A stretch of DNA of 64,000 nucleotides, taken from assembly GCF_964204645.1 (NCBI RefSeq), contig NC_134036.1, positions 10,271,859-10,335,858 of the forward strand, written 5' to 3'. How positions within the stretch are numbered: position 1 is the first letter of the stretch; each line of letters starts with the position of its first letter. Under the pieces are notes generated by a model. It saw nothing but the letters and a program-made list of their open reading frames with translations, was not told the DNA's origin and ran no database searches. Origin of the DNA: Tubulanus polymorphus. Its lineage: Eukaryota; Animalia; Nemertea. This document shows, in pieces, positions 23,935 to 36,445 of the stretch. The position numbers were made by a program, and so were the translations under genes.

Positions 23935-26097
23935 CCTAAATTTATTGACCTTGACAGCCTAAATACTCAACTACTGCGATTCTAGTTAAATCTTTTCCCA
24001 AGGCTTTGTTTAATTGTCATTGTCTCTGTCTGTATTTCACGTCAAATTGTTTAGAGAAATTATCTTTGTTATAAATTGAGTTCTTCGGTGTTTATTTTTC
24101 CAGATTTATATATTTGTAATATTTGGTGATTTTATTTTGTTTTTTATTGTTTAAAATAAAGATTAATATTAATAAATAAATTGTCTTCCCAATCTCTTCC
24201 TGAATGATTTAATATTATGAAGAAACGTCGAGCCGGCAAGTCGGATCAGGATTTTAATGTTTTTTTTCGGTTTCTTGGTTTTTTTTGTCTTAATTTAATA
24301 TCCATTCATTTGTTTGCATTTGAAGTATCAAATGATTTAAAGTCAGAGTCAGACTTTAAATCATCTGGGATAGTTTGATTTGACTGAAATTCTAGCTGCT
24401 TGCTGACGTTGTGAGTAAGTGGAAACCACGGCTGATTTTTTTAAGCCAGAACTGTTCAATCTATTAGCTATGGAATTTAGTTTGAACATATATAAACCTT
24501 CCCCGTGGAACTATCGGAGGTGTACAAAATATGTGACTATGCGAGATTTGAACTTCTGATCTATCAAGTGCAAGTCTTGTACCCTACTGAAACTGGGCCA
24601 TTGTGACTGCATGAATAGTACTCTACTGTAACATTGTTTTGATACAGTGATAGTCTATAATTACAATTATACATCTGAACTGACAGCACGGCGCGTATTA
24701 TTTATTGAACATAAACTGGGTCACACGCGAGCCCACACATCGTTTATTCGTTACACATTTTATTGACTTTTTCAGTGCATGGCGACAATAATTAAATGAG
24801 AAAATTTCGGATTTCACTTTAAAATACCTCTTTTTAAAGCCGATATTTGACCATTTTCGATAATAACCCAAGGGTTTTTTAAATCTATCAGCCACTGGAT
24901 GATTAAAGTATTATCCAAGGAGACAAGGCGGTTTAAAAAAGAAATAAGCGATAACGCGCGCGACGAATTGTCCGCCGACTATAGTGACCCGCCAGCGCGA
25001 GCTATCCTCCCCTACTCTTAAGTTCGCGGTTAAATGTAAATCATCAACATTATCTTGATTTGCTCAATATCAACAGGGATTGGTAAAAATATCTTATATT
25101 TACGGAATCTATCAGCACTTTAACTCTATCATCCTCTATTGTTTTTAAATAACGCTTTAAAATCGTACCGAAAGCTCGAAAATGCATGGTTTTCTTGCAA
25201 ATGTGAAGGATTTCTGTCCATTTTTTTCATAATCAAAAGTAAAAGTGTAGAATTCCTTAGATATTCTTCAAAATTAGTCCATTCGACGCAGAAAGACAGC
25301 CACAACATGAATCTATCAGCACTTCGAAGATTATTTTAATCAATTTTCATCTACTCTAATTTTATTCACAACGACTATAGCATTTTCAATGACGCGGAGC
25401 CAAATTTTATTATTGCATTGTTGCACATGCGCACATAGCGATGTTCCAAAAAGTTGGTAATGAGTTATATGCGGAACTTGAATTGAGGATGATGTGTTTG
25501 GTCCTCGCCACTGAGAGGGAACCTCGTATTTCACGAAGCTATTCACCTTAAAATCATGAACAGTTACGACCCGATCATTGATTATTTACTCGCAGTTTTA
25601 TTTAACCCAATTATAACACGAAATTTGACGTTTTATAGTCAATAACCGGACTGTGGTTCAATTCATTAATCGGATATTCCCCAAACCACCAAAAACCTAC
25701 ATCCGATTATAAAAACTGGCCACCAACTATTTTAGCTTCTCTCAATCTATGATGTACACGTTCCGAAACAAAGCGATGCTGGGTTGCAGGAATTGACCTC
25801 AGAATGACAGTGTCCACCTTTTTCATTGCAACTGAACACATCTAAAATGATATTAAAATAGGATCTTGATCAATATATATTTTTACTGACGGCCGGAAGT
25901 AGTATAGGCGACACTGCATACTGTTATGTTACTATCGAGGTTTTATAAAAGCCTGCAATATCATCCCAAATTGTTCCCCATTTTCTGGTCAACCAATATG
26001 CGAGGACTAAGGTCATCGAAAAATTGAAAGGACATAAAAATTGGTAAGAATTCTACATTTGTCCTTTCCATTTAATCTAGTACTGTTATCAATTATC

Positions 26098-26510
26098 AGT
26101 AATAGGGATAATGGGCTTTCAGGCCAAAGGTCGAACGGTCGAGCTCATTAAAAAACAAATATTAAAAGTAATTAAAAACTATAATATATTTTCATAACCG
26201 TGTGTATTTTATATTAAAACTAAATATTTATTCTAAGATATTAATAATTTTAAATGCATATTGTATTAAATCAATTGGTCGCTCCGCTTCGCTACCGCTC
26301 CGCTCCGCGACCAATTGATTTATTTACAATACACAAATTCAAATAATCAAATATATTTTAATAATAATAATTATTCTATTATTCTATTATTCAACTGAAA
26401 TGCACGCGGTTATGAAAATATATTATAGTTTTTAATTACTTTTAATATATGTTTTTTTAATGAACTCGACCATTCAACCTTTAACCTGAAAGCCCATTAT
26501 CCCTATTACT
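26098..26510. repeat. 413-bp imperfect palindrome at the Polinton left end
   Basis: Outer arms of ~110 bp (AGTAATAGGGATAATGGGCTTTCAGG... / ...CCTGAAAGCCCATTATCCCTATTACT). Inner stem TAAATCAATTGGTCGC / GCGACCAATTGATTTA surrounds a GCTCC/GCTTC-repeat loop. Confidence 0.92.
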
Positions 26511-26590
26511 CTTAAAATATTCATATAAATGAATAACATTTAAATCATTGAACTTCTAAAATCAATTTTAATAAAAAATTTAGTATTAAA

Positions 26591-29500
26591 ATGGAAGCAA
26601 ATAAGTACTACTGCCCAACATGTAAGATAAGTATAGATAAGTCTCAAAAAGCAAGACACAATAAAACTATAACACATTTAGAGAATAAATTGAAATTAGA
26701 ATATAAAGATAATATATTAGAAACTAAATTAGAAGAATTAAAGAATGAAAAAGAAACATACAAATGTGATACATGTAATCAATCATTCAGTGATAAAAGA
26801 TATTATAAAGAACATTTAAAATCTATAAGTCATATTAGAAATAAGAATAATGATATTTTAGGTGAAGATTATTTTGATAATGATAACGATAAGAAACAGA
26901 AGACAATTAAAAGCATAAAAAATAAATTAAACAATAAAAGACCATACATGGAAGATGTAAGAAATTATATTAATTCATTAGATAATAAAAAAGATATAGA
27001 GATAACCGAAGCATTTAAAAGTGATATTGGTCCAGCAGCTATCGAGTTTAAATTTCATAAAGGTAAAACATTAGAAGAAAATAAAAAACATTTAGAAAAT
27101 ATGAAAGAAATAATAAAAATAATTACAGATGTTGAATATCCTAAAATTAGTATATCAGTTAAAGTAAAGTTTATAAAATCTGAAGATAAACCAATATATA
27201 ATATAAATTCTCATTCACAACATATTATATCTAAACAACATATAGATGATAAATTATATAAATGTTATAATGAAATAAAAAGTAAAATAGAAGAGAAATA
27301 TTTTGAAGGATCAGGTTTAATATTTGATGAAATAATATTTATGACTTTACATGTCTATAACACAAAATATAATAAGTTAACTAAATCGAAACCAATTGAT
27401 GAAAATAATGTATCATATTATAAAGAACCAGATATTGAAGCATCAAGTTATATTAAACTACCATTTAAAACTAATGCTGTAATAAATGTACAAAATTTTG
27501 ATAATAAATGTTTTCTATGGACAATTATAAGTTGCTTACACCCAGTTGAAGATTATAATAAACATACTTATAGATTAACAAATTATAAACAATTTGAAAA
27601 TAATTATAAGATAGATAAGTATCCTGTTAGAATTAAAAATATTCCAAAAATAGAAAGAGATAATAATCTTAAAATAAATGTATTTGATTTAATTAAATTA
27701 CCAAATACAAAAGGTAACAATATAAAACATTATACATTAGAACCTTTATATCTATCAAAAGATTATGATTCAAACGATGTTATAGATATACTATATTATG
27801 AGAATCATTATATGTGGATTAAACAAATCGATTTATTTTTTCAAATCAGAAAATGATCACCATAAAATATATCTTTGTAGAAAATGTTTACATAGATTCA
27901 GTAATGAAAGTACATTATTAAATCATAAACAACTATGTGATAATCATGATTATTGTAAATTAGTTTTACCAAATGAAAAAGATAAAATATTAGAATTCAA
28001 AAAATATGATTACAAAAATAAAGTACCATTTGTAATATATGGAGATTTTGAATCATTAAATAAAGAACTAACTGATCAAGATAGAAAAGAAATATATTAT
28101 AAAAGAAAGAAATTAAATTCTAATGAAAATGATTTTTCAGATGAACCACCAAAAACAAATACTATTAAAAAGATTCATCAATCAGCTGCTGCTTTCGGGT
28201 TATATATTAAATCTGATTATCCAGAACTAATTGAAAGTGAATATTATAATTATAGAAATGAAAATGTTATTAATCATTTTTGTGACTTATTAATTGAATA
28301 TGAAATAAGATTTAGTAAATTATTGAATACAAATATAGAAATTATAATGACAGAAGAAGATAAAGAAGTATTTGCGTTTGCAGATAAATGTTATTATTGT
28401 GAAAAGATATTTAATTATAAAGATAAAAAAGTAAGAGACCATGATCATTTGAATGGAAAGTTTAGAGGCGCTGCACATGAGAATTGTAACTTACAAGCTA
28501 AGAAAATTAACTTTGTACCAGTTATATTTCATAATCTATCAGGATATGATGCACATTTATTTATCAAACAGCTATGTTATAAAATAGAAGATATCAATAA
28601 TGAAATAGAAATATTAAATTCAAATAGATCAAAAGATAAAATACCAACTTATAAATTTAGAATGTTAGCTAAAACATCTGAGAATTATATATCATTCCAA
28701 TTTGGTTGTCTAAGATTTATAGATTCATATAGATTTTTAAATAGTTCATTAGATAACTTATCAAAATCATTAGTTGATGATGAATTACAAATATTAAAAC
28801 AACACTACCCAAATAATGATGATTTTAAATTAATGAGATATAAAGGAGCAATTCCATATTCTTTCTATAAAAATCATAATAATTTTAAAATAACTGAATT
28901 ATTGAAAGAACAATTTTATGATGAATTAAAAAATGAATATGTTAAAGATGAAGTCTATAATAGAACATTGAATATTTGGAATCATTTCAAAATAGAAAAT
29001 CATGGGCAATTAGTAGATTTATATTTAAAATCAGATGTATTATTATTAACCGATATATTCGAAAAGTTTAGAGATGTAAACCTAAAATATTTCAATATTG
29101 ATCCTTGTCATTGTTATTCATCACCAGGATTAACATGGGATTGTGGATTAAAATTTACAGATATAAAAATGGATTTGTTAACAAATATAGATCAATTACT
29201 ATTATTTGAAAAATCTATAAGAGGAGGTGTTTCAGGTGTATTGGGTGATAGATATTTCAATGTAAATGATAATCCTGGATATAAATTATTATACATAGAT
29301 GCAAATAATCTTTATGGTTGGGCAATGATGGAACCACAACCTTATGGGATGTTTGAAATAACTGAAGTTTTACAAATTGATAAATTTGATTGGAAGAAAA
29401 GAATCCTAGATATTGCAGATGATTCAGATATTGGTTACTTCTTCGTTGTAGATTTAGAATACCCTGAAAATATTAAATTCAAATCTAGAAATCTAGCATA

Positions 29501-30623
29501 TTGTCCCGAACATAAAACTGTTAAACATGAAGAATTATCAAATTATCAAAAAAGAATTAAACCCGATAATCATATTCATACTGAAAAGTTAATGGTAACT
29601 CAAGAAGATAAATATAATTACGTTGTGCATTATAGAATGTTAAAATTCTATTTGAATCAAGGAATGATATTAAAAAAAGTACATAGATATATTTCATTCA
29701 GTCAATCTAAATGGTTAGAAAAATATATAGATTTTAATACTACACAGAGAACTAAATCTAAAACTGATTTTGAAAAAGATTTTTTTAAGTTAATGAACAA
29801 TGCGTTCTATGGTAAGACTTGTGAAAACATACGAAATAGAAATGATATTGAGTTAGTTAGTAATGGTAAAAGGATAAGGCATTTACAATCATATCCTAAG
29901 TTTATAGGTAACAGAATATTTGATGAAAATTTAGCAGCAGTTAAGATGAGAAGAACTTCAATGAAATTTAATAAACCGATTTATGTTGGAGCTGCAGTTT
30001 TAGAAATTTCAAAATTATTAATGTATCAATTTTACTATAACGTATTACAACCTCATTTTGGAGAAAAGCATATAGAAATTCTATACTTTGATACTGACAG
30101 TTACATATTAAAGATAAAAACTAATAATATAACAGATGATTTAAAAACATTAAAACATCATTTTGATTTCAGTAACTATCCTAAAAATCATGAATTGTTT
30201 ACCAATGATAATAAAAAAGTTCCTGGGAAGTTTAAGGATGAATTAGGTGGTGAAGAAATGATAGAGTTCATTGGTATTAGATCTAAAATGTATAGTTATA
30301 AAACTAAAACTCATGAAGCTAAAAAGTTAAAAGGAATTACCAAAAGCGTTGTTGAAAAGAACATTCATTTCAAAGATTACATCAATTGTATATTTAATGA
30401 AGAAGTTAGAAAACATAAAATGAAATGTTTAAGATCTGAAGATCATGAAATGTATATTGAAGAGATAGAGAAGATAAGTCTAAACCCATTTGATGATAAA
30501 AGATATATTTTAGATGATGGAATCCACACAGTTGCCTATGGTTGCAATTTAGATGAATATATAAAATTCAAAAGAGAAGAAACAAAAGAAAATGAGATTA
30601 TGAAAAGGATTCTAGCGTGTTAA
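26591..30623 (+). CDS. Protein-primed family B DNA polymerase (pPolB), split by a single frameshift in a T6 run at 27836-27841
   Basis: Two N-terminal C2H2 fingers; exonuclease motifs YGDFES and FHNLSGYD; endonuclease VII-like CYYC...RDHDH...HENCN; polymerase motifs YIDANNLYG, KLMNNAFYGK and YFDTDS. Confidence 0.95.
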
Positions 30624-30651
30624 TCAATTTCAATAAAAATTTGTATAATAA

Positions 30652-30993
30652 ATGGAGAGTAAACAAGTACACAGTGAATTCTTAGATAGAATTAAAGATA
30701 CTTCAAGCGTCAAATCTGTAGATTATAAATTTAAAAAACTAACTGAGTTAACAATTCACAAGAAATATTTAATTACTAACATTGAAACAATTACTAATAA
30801 ATATGGAGATAAATTAGTAATTCATTTAGAATATGAAGGATTAAAAGGAAATAAATATAAATTCAGAACTTATTTACCAGATAGATTTCATAGATTATCA
30901 AGTGAAGATCTAGAAGAATTATATTCTGGTGATTTATATTTCATATATAAAGGTAAGAATGAAAAAGGGCACCATGAAATAGATTTCGAATAA
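30652..30993 (+). CDS. Small Polinton protein, possibly an OB-fold ssDNA-binding protein
   Basis: 113-aa intact ORF with ATAAATG start. Beta-rich pattern FKKLTEL...TNKYGDKLVI...YLPDRF. A homologous relic lies at ~54.6-54.85 kb. The fold is inferred. Confidence 0.6.
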   Translation: MESKQVHSEFLDRIKDTSSVKSVDYKFKKLTELTIHKKYLITNIETITNKYGDKLVIHLEYEGLKGNKYKFRTYLPDRFHRLSSEDLEELYSGDLYFIYKGKNEKGHHEIDFE

Positions 30994-31010
30994 GAAAATA
31001 TGTAAAATAA

Positions 31011-31451
31011 ATGGCGGAATTAAAAGAATACAGAATATTTGTTGATTCTAGAAAACTTACAAATTATAAATCTCATAATTCATTAGTACAATTAGATAGA
31101 GAATTCAAGAATTGTGTAGATTTAAAATTAGTTAATATAAGTTTATGTAATTCTTTTCATAATATATCGAATAAAAGTCTTGATCATTTAGCTTTTAAAA
31201 TTTATTTTAGAAATTTGAATAAATGGTTTCATCTTTATCTAAAACCAGGATTATATAATTTAGAAACATTAGCGCAAGAAATTAATAAAAGAGCTCGTTT
31301 AAAAATGGGCTCAGCTGCTCGATTTGAAATTAAATTCATCAAAAGTGATAGTTCGAATAAAATAAGAATAAAGTTAACTAATGAACAACATAGATTTCTA
31401 GTAAGAAAACCTTTAGCTAAACTGTTTGGAATTCTTCCGGATAGACATTAG
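31011..31451 (+). CDS. Minor capsid (penton)-like protein, probably C-terminally truncated
   Basis: IFVDSR...KLVNISLCNSFHNI...LKPGLYNLETL pattern typical of penton-like proteins; directly upstream of the major capsid gene. Confidence 0.6.
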   Translation: MAELKEYRIFVDSRKLTNYKSHNSLVQLDREFKNCVDLKLVNISLCNSFHNISNKSLDHLAFKIYFRNLNKWFHLYLKPGLYNLETLAQEINKRARLKMGSAARFEIKFIKSDSSNKIRIKLTNEQHRFLVRKPLAKLFGILPDRH

Positions 31452-31477
31452 AAATAGTTAATTTTTTTGTTAAATAA

Positions 31478-32721
31478 ATGAGTGGGAGTTATATCAATCC
31501 TTCTAAGAATCATAGAATATCTAATGCTATTAAAGCAGAAAGATCACACATCATATAATTACTCATAACCCTTCAAATATTAATCCCGATGAAACTTTAT
31601 ACGTTAGAATCCCTCGATTAACACAAAATACTTTTTATGTTCCAAATAGTATTTATTTATCGGCCGATATAAAAGTAATCGGTAATAATAATAATTATGT
31701 TGTTGATAATGTTGGAAGATATTTGATTAAAAAGTTAAAAATAAAGATTGGTCCAGAAACAGTTTTCTCATTAGATGATTATAATTTATTTTCACATTAT
31801 AAAGATTTATGGTTAACTAAAGAAAATAGAAATAATATGATATTTCAAGGAATTCAATCAGAAAACCAAAATAAATTAAGATCAGAAGCTAATAGCGCAA
31901 TATTAACTAATGATGTAGATAAATTGATAAAAAGTATATATGGAAGCAAATATAAAATTCCGTTAGATTTTGAATTGATAAATAATAATGCACCTTTATA
32001 TAAATACGCAATTCAAGAAGATATTATATTTGAGATAACATTTGCTCCTGTAAATGAAATTGTATTATCTAGCGTTAATAAAGATATGAGTTATAAATTA
32101 TCGAATATATGTTTAGAATATGATACAGATGAAAATATTTCAAGTATAATTCAAACTAAATATAATCAAGGATTTTCATTATTATATGATTATATTGATA
32201 AATTTAAAACTGTAACTATTAATGCAAATGATGAAATAATTAATGAGAATATTAACTTTCCTAGAAGATCTATTAAAGGTATATTAATATTTTTTACTAT
32301 TGCAACATATTCTAATGGTGCAATAAATGTTGATAATTATTATAATCCTGAAATAACAAAAGTAGAAATAACTATCGAAGGAATAGCGAATAAAATATTT
32401 TGTCAAGGAATGAGAATGATAGATCAATGGGTAGAAATTAAAAAACATTTTATGAATGAAAAAATAAAATCATCTGAAGATTGTAATATTAATCAAATAA
32501 ATTATTATACCGGTAATAAATATGCATTATGGTTAGATTTTAGAACAACAGAGGATAATTCATTACATGGTTCTGGAAAAAAACTACAGAACACTAAAGA
32601 TGGAATACAATTATTCATGACAAAGAATAAAGGAATCAAAAATTTTAAAATGCACATTTATATTATATCTGACGCGCAATTAAATATTGTAAATTCACAA
32701 TTAGATAGTGTTATGTATTAA
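31478..32721 (+). CDS. Major capsid protein (double jelly-roll/hexon-like), frameshifted near 31550
   Basis: True start ATG at 31478 (MSGSYINPSKNHR...KAERSH). After an apparent CA insertion it continues ITHNPSNINPDETLYVRIP...VVDNVGRYLIKKL, PRRSIKGIL, ALWLDFR...LHGSG. Confidence 0.8.
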
Positions 32722-32772
32722 TTATGTATTAGTTATGTAAAATTTTAACTCTAATAAAAATTTATTATATAA

Positions 32773-33934
32773 ATGGAAGGTGGAATATATGAAATACAAA
32801 CTCCAAGTGAAATGATATCAGATATATATTATATATTACCTTGATGAATACATTAGATATTTTGGAGATTACTTTAATCAATTCAAATATAGAATAAGTA
32901 AAATAGATAAGAATATTGAAACAAAAAAAGAAAATAATATTGAACCTAAAATAGAAGATAAGAATGATATTGAATATAAAATAGAAGATAATATTGAAAC
33001 TAAAATAGAAGATAGTAATAATATTGAAACTAAAATAGAAGATGTAACAGCATCTACATCTTATAATATACCCTCTATATATGATATTGAATCAAAAAAA
33101 GATTATAATCAAAAATATTGTGATGTATGTAAGAAATATATATCATATGAAAATTGGGCATCACATAAGAAATCAAAGAAACATATAGAAAAAGAAAAGA
33201 ATAATAATGATAATAATATATCACTTAGTAATATAAAAGATAATGTTAACCCAATTGAAACTAATGATACCATAGAAAATATAACAGATAATGTAATAAA
33301 TAATGTTAACCTAATTGAAACTAATGATAATGATATAACAGATAATGAAATAATTGATGATTCTAAAAAACATTGTAACATTTGTAATTTAGATATTTCT
33401 AAAAGTAATTTTTCTAAACATAAAAAATCTAAGTGGCACATAGAAAATGAAAAAGAATTAATATGTGATTATTGTAATAAAGAAATTGAACCTGTTGATA
33501 AAATTACTCATTATAAATCAAAATTACATCTTATTAATGTTTATAAAAAAGTGGGTATGTTACCATTGTTAAATAACCCTTTAGAATATATCAAATATTT
33601 TGATTATAATATTAACCAATATGAAATATTCTATAGTTTGTTATTACGTAAATTTTTAGATTATGCAAACGATAATCTTGAACAAATGTATAAATTATTA
33701 TATTTGAGAAGAAAAGATTCAACTTATTTGATAATTAATTTTGGATATGATATTGATTTTTATTATTATGATTTTGATGAAAACTTTGAAAAAATGAAAG
33801 AAAAAATTAATATGCCTACCGATTATAGATTAATGATGGCTCGACTAAACTCAATAAATATACCAAAGACTTATGGAGAATTTGATATAAACGAAGATGA
33901 TTTTATAAATGTATTAGAAACAAAATTAGAATAA
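32773..33934 (+). CDS. Polinton protein with three C2H2-type zinc fingers, frameshifted in a TA run at ~32822-32836
   Basis: Frame is open from ~32822 to 33934: CDVC...HKKSKKH, CNIC...HKKSKWH and CDYC...HYKSKLH, plus short NIETKIED repeats. ATAAATG start at 32773. Confidence 0.75.
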
Positions 33935-33961
33935 TTATTATAAAACTATTTATATATCTAT

Positions 33962-34318
33962 AAAACTATTTATATATCTATGCACTAGACGTACGAGTAA
34001 GAAAGTAAGAATCCAAAAATCCTTGCCAAGAAATATAAATTATAAACATAAATTATAAACATAGATTATAAACATAAATTATAAACATAAATTATAAACA
34101 TAAATTATAAATATAAATTATAAACATAAATTATAATCATAAATTATAAACATAGTTTTAATATATGATATATTCATTATTATATATTTCATTTAATAAT
34201 TCATATTTCTATGGACTAGACGTACGTAAGAATCCAAAATTCTTACCAAGAAAGTAAAAAGGTAAGAATCTTACTTTCTTACTCGTACGTCTAGTACATA
34301 GATATATAAATTAGTTTC
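33962..34318. repeat. Inverted repeat enclosing a 13-bp tandem array at the convergence of the two Polinton gene blocks
   Basis: TTTATATATCTATG(C/T)ACTAGACGTACGAGTAAGAAAGTAAGA at ~33968-34010, inverted at ~34269-34310, with a partial direct copy at ~34205-34250. About nine ATAAATTATAAAC units at 34035-34154. Confidence 0.88.
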
Positions 34319-34340
34319 TATAATATTCCAAATTAGGATT

Positions 34341-34955
34341 TTATTTTATAAATTTATATTCATAGGGAAATTGTAGTCTCAGAAGTAATTTGGAACTTTT
34401 ATTATTTTTTAATTTATTCATATATTCATCGTGTAATTCAGGAGGTATAATTTGAATTTCTTCCAACGATTGTTGCATAGATTTTCTATCTTTGTTATAA
34501 AATAAAACTAGAAATCTTATATTCTCTCTAAAATCTTTCACAATTGAATTATATTTCTGATTTAAAACCCATGTTGTTATCCCAAAATGTCTACCAGAGA
34601 AAGCTAAATAACACAACTCACTTTCTCTAATTTTAGAATCATGTAAATTTTCGCAATCATCGATAATAAATAATGTATTAGATCCTTTATAAATATCTAA
34701 TGCAATTTTTATACAATTATCTAAATTATCTTTCACTGTTTTAGAATTTAATATAATAAACTTTTTATCTTTAAAAACTATATCTCTATTATACGTTTCA
34801 TTCATTTCATAAGTGGGACAGAATAATATTATATTATCGAAATGATTTTTATAAATAGTTTCTAATAAATCTAATATGAAGTGTGTTTTACCACAATTCG
34901 TAACTCCAGTAACTAACATATTATGTGGTTCAAATATAAACAAATCTTTATTCAT
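34341..34955 (-). CDS. A32/FtsK-like genome packaging ATPase
   Basis: Walker A GVTNCGKT, Walker B FIIDD, and SGRH motif. Confidence 0.92.
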   Translation of the reverse strand: MNKDLFIFEPHNMLVTGVTNCGKTHFILDLLETIYKNHFDNIILFCPTYEMNETYNRDIVFKDKKFIILNSKTVKDNLDNCIKIALDIYKGSNTLFIIDDCENLHDSKIRESELCYLAFSGRHFGITTWVLNQKYNSIVKDFRENIRFLVLFYNKDRKSMQQSLEEIQIIPPELHDEYMNKLKNNKSSKLLLRLQFPYEYKFIK

Positions 34956-36047
34956 TTATTCTTTTAATTTTACTAGATAAAATCCATTCATTAAATTTAT
35001 CATCATATCCTTTATATTTCACCAGAGAATATTTCTTACCGCGTAATGTTTTAGTTTTTAATACCTTTTCTATTTTGTATTCTATTTCATCTGGATTTGG
35101 TACTAATGATAATTCTTGTTCATAAAAATAACCTAATATTTCTTCATCTTTTAAATCAAACAATTTATAAACAAATGGTTTAGTTAATATTATCTTTTTA
35201 ATTTTAAATATTTCTTCAGTAAAATTAGGGGTATAGCCTTTATAAAATGTTTTTCGATATTTAGAAATGCTAACATGTTGTCCTATTTTAAATTTAGGTT
35301 CTCCAAAATCATGTGTAACAAATGCTCCATATAAATTATTCCAAACTATTTCTGAATTTTCTTCTTTTCTAGCTTGTATAGGTTTCATATTTATAGAACT
35401 ATGTTTAGAATTATTATAACCTTTAACTAAATCATCTAATATATTTATAGACTCATCGATATATTTATATGTTTGATTAGCGGTGAAATATTTCCACATT
35501 CTAGTTTTCAATGTTTTATTAAATCTTTCTATAACAGATGCTTTTTTATCTGAATGTGTTGAAAAATATTCTACATCGTTATCAGTTAATAGTTTTTTAA
35601 AATGTTTGTTATAAAATTCTTTACCTTCATCAAATTGTATTTTATCTGGGATAGCTTCTTTAAATATTAATTTGAAAGAATTTGTAACTTCTATACCAGT
35701 TTTATTTTTAATCGGGATACTCCATGCGTATCTACTGAATATATCTATAACATTTAGTATCCAAAATATCCTTTGTTATATTCTTCTAAGTTTTTCATAT
35801 CAATTAAATCAGCTTGCCATTGTTGGTCAATATATGAAACCATTACTTTTCTTGTTAAATATTTTTTATCCATCTTTTTATGAATTTGATATGTTGGTTG
35901 ATTTTGTAACCATGATTTTAATTCACTATATTTTATTTTTTCTTTATCAGATTTAATTTTATCCCATAATTCCGAAACACTTGAATATGAAACTTCACTT
36001 TCTGGGTTATAATATAAATCTCTTAAATATTGTTCTTTTTTCATCAT
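34948..36047 (-). CDS. Retroviral-like (RVE) integrase with C-terminal chromodomain; one frameshift near 35760
   Basis: DDE triad intact: WQADL, IQFDEGKEF, VIERFNKTLK. C-terminal YKIEKVL...LVKYKGY...NEW. Confidence 0.92.
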
Positions 36048-36050
36048 ATT

Positions 36051-36445
36051 TTAATCCATTAATAATATTTTAGATTTATTTTCATTTGATTTATTTTCTG
36101 GTGGTTTATTGTCTGTACATGGGTAACGAAGTTTCCGTTCATCATTATCATTATCACTTTCATTATTATTAAATTTATATTTATATATTACACCAGAGAA
36201 TATACTTACTGTGATTAATCCAATTGTAATATATAATTTATTATTACTTCCAGCATTATAAGAATTAGATGGATTATTATTTGAATTAATACCAGATTCA
36301 TTTATATCAGTTAATTTCTTTTTCTTAGCTTTTTTTAATTCTGCAAATCTTTTACCTAATTTCTTTGCCCATTCAATTTGTTTCTCAGATCTAGGCTTTT
36401 TTTAATATCACCGTGTGGGTGTTGAACGACACCATCATCACTCAT
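36051..36445 (-). CDS. Small basic Polinton protein with a hydrophobic segment, frameshifted in an A7 run
   Basis: ATAAATG start at 36445; KKPRSEKQIEWAKKLGK...LYITIGLITVSIFSGVIY...KILLMD*. Homologous to the relic ORF at 54073. Confidence 0.65.

Noticed and set aside
27798-27856. Programmed ribosomal frameshift in pPolB
   Set aside because: It requires a +1 shift in a T homopolymer, and four other genes show similar indels; mutation or assembly error is simpler.
34035-34154. CRISPR-like array
   Set aside because: Head-to-tail 13-mers without unique spacers, no cas genes, and a eukaryotic context.
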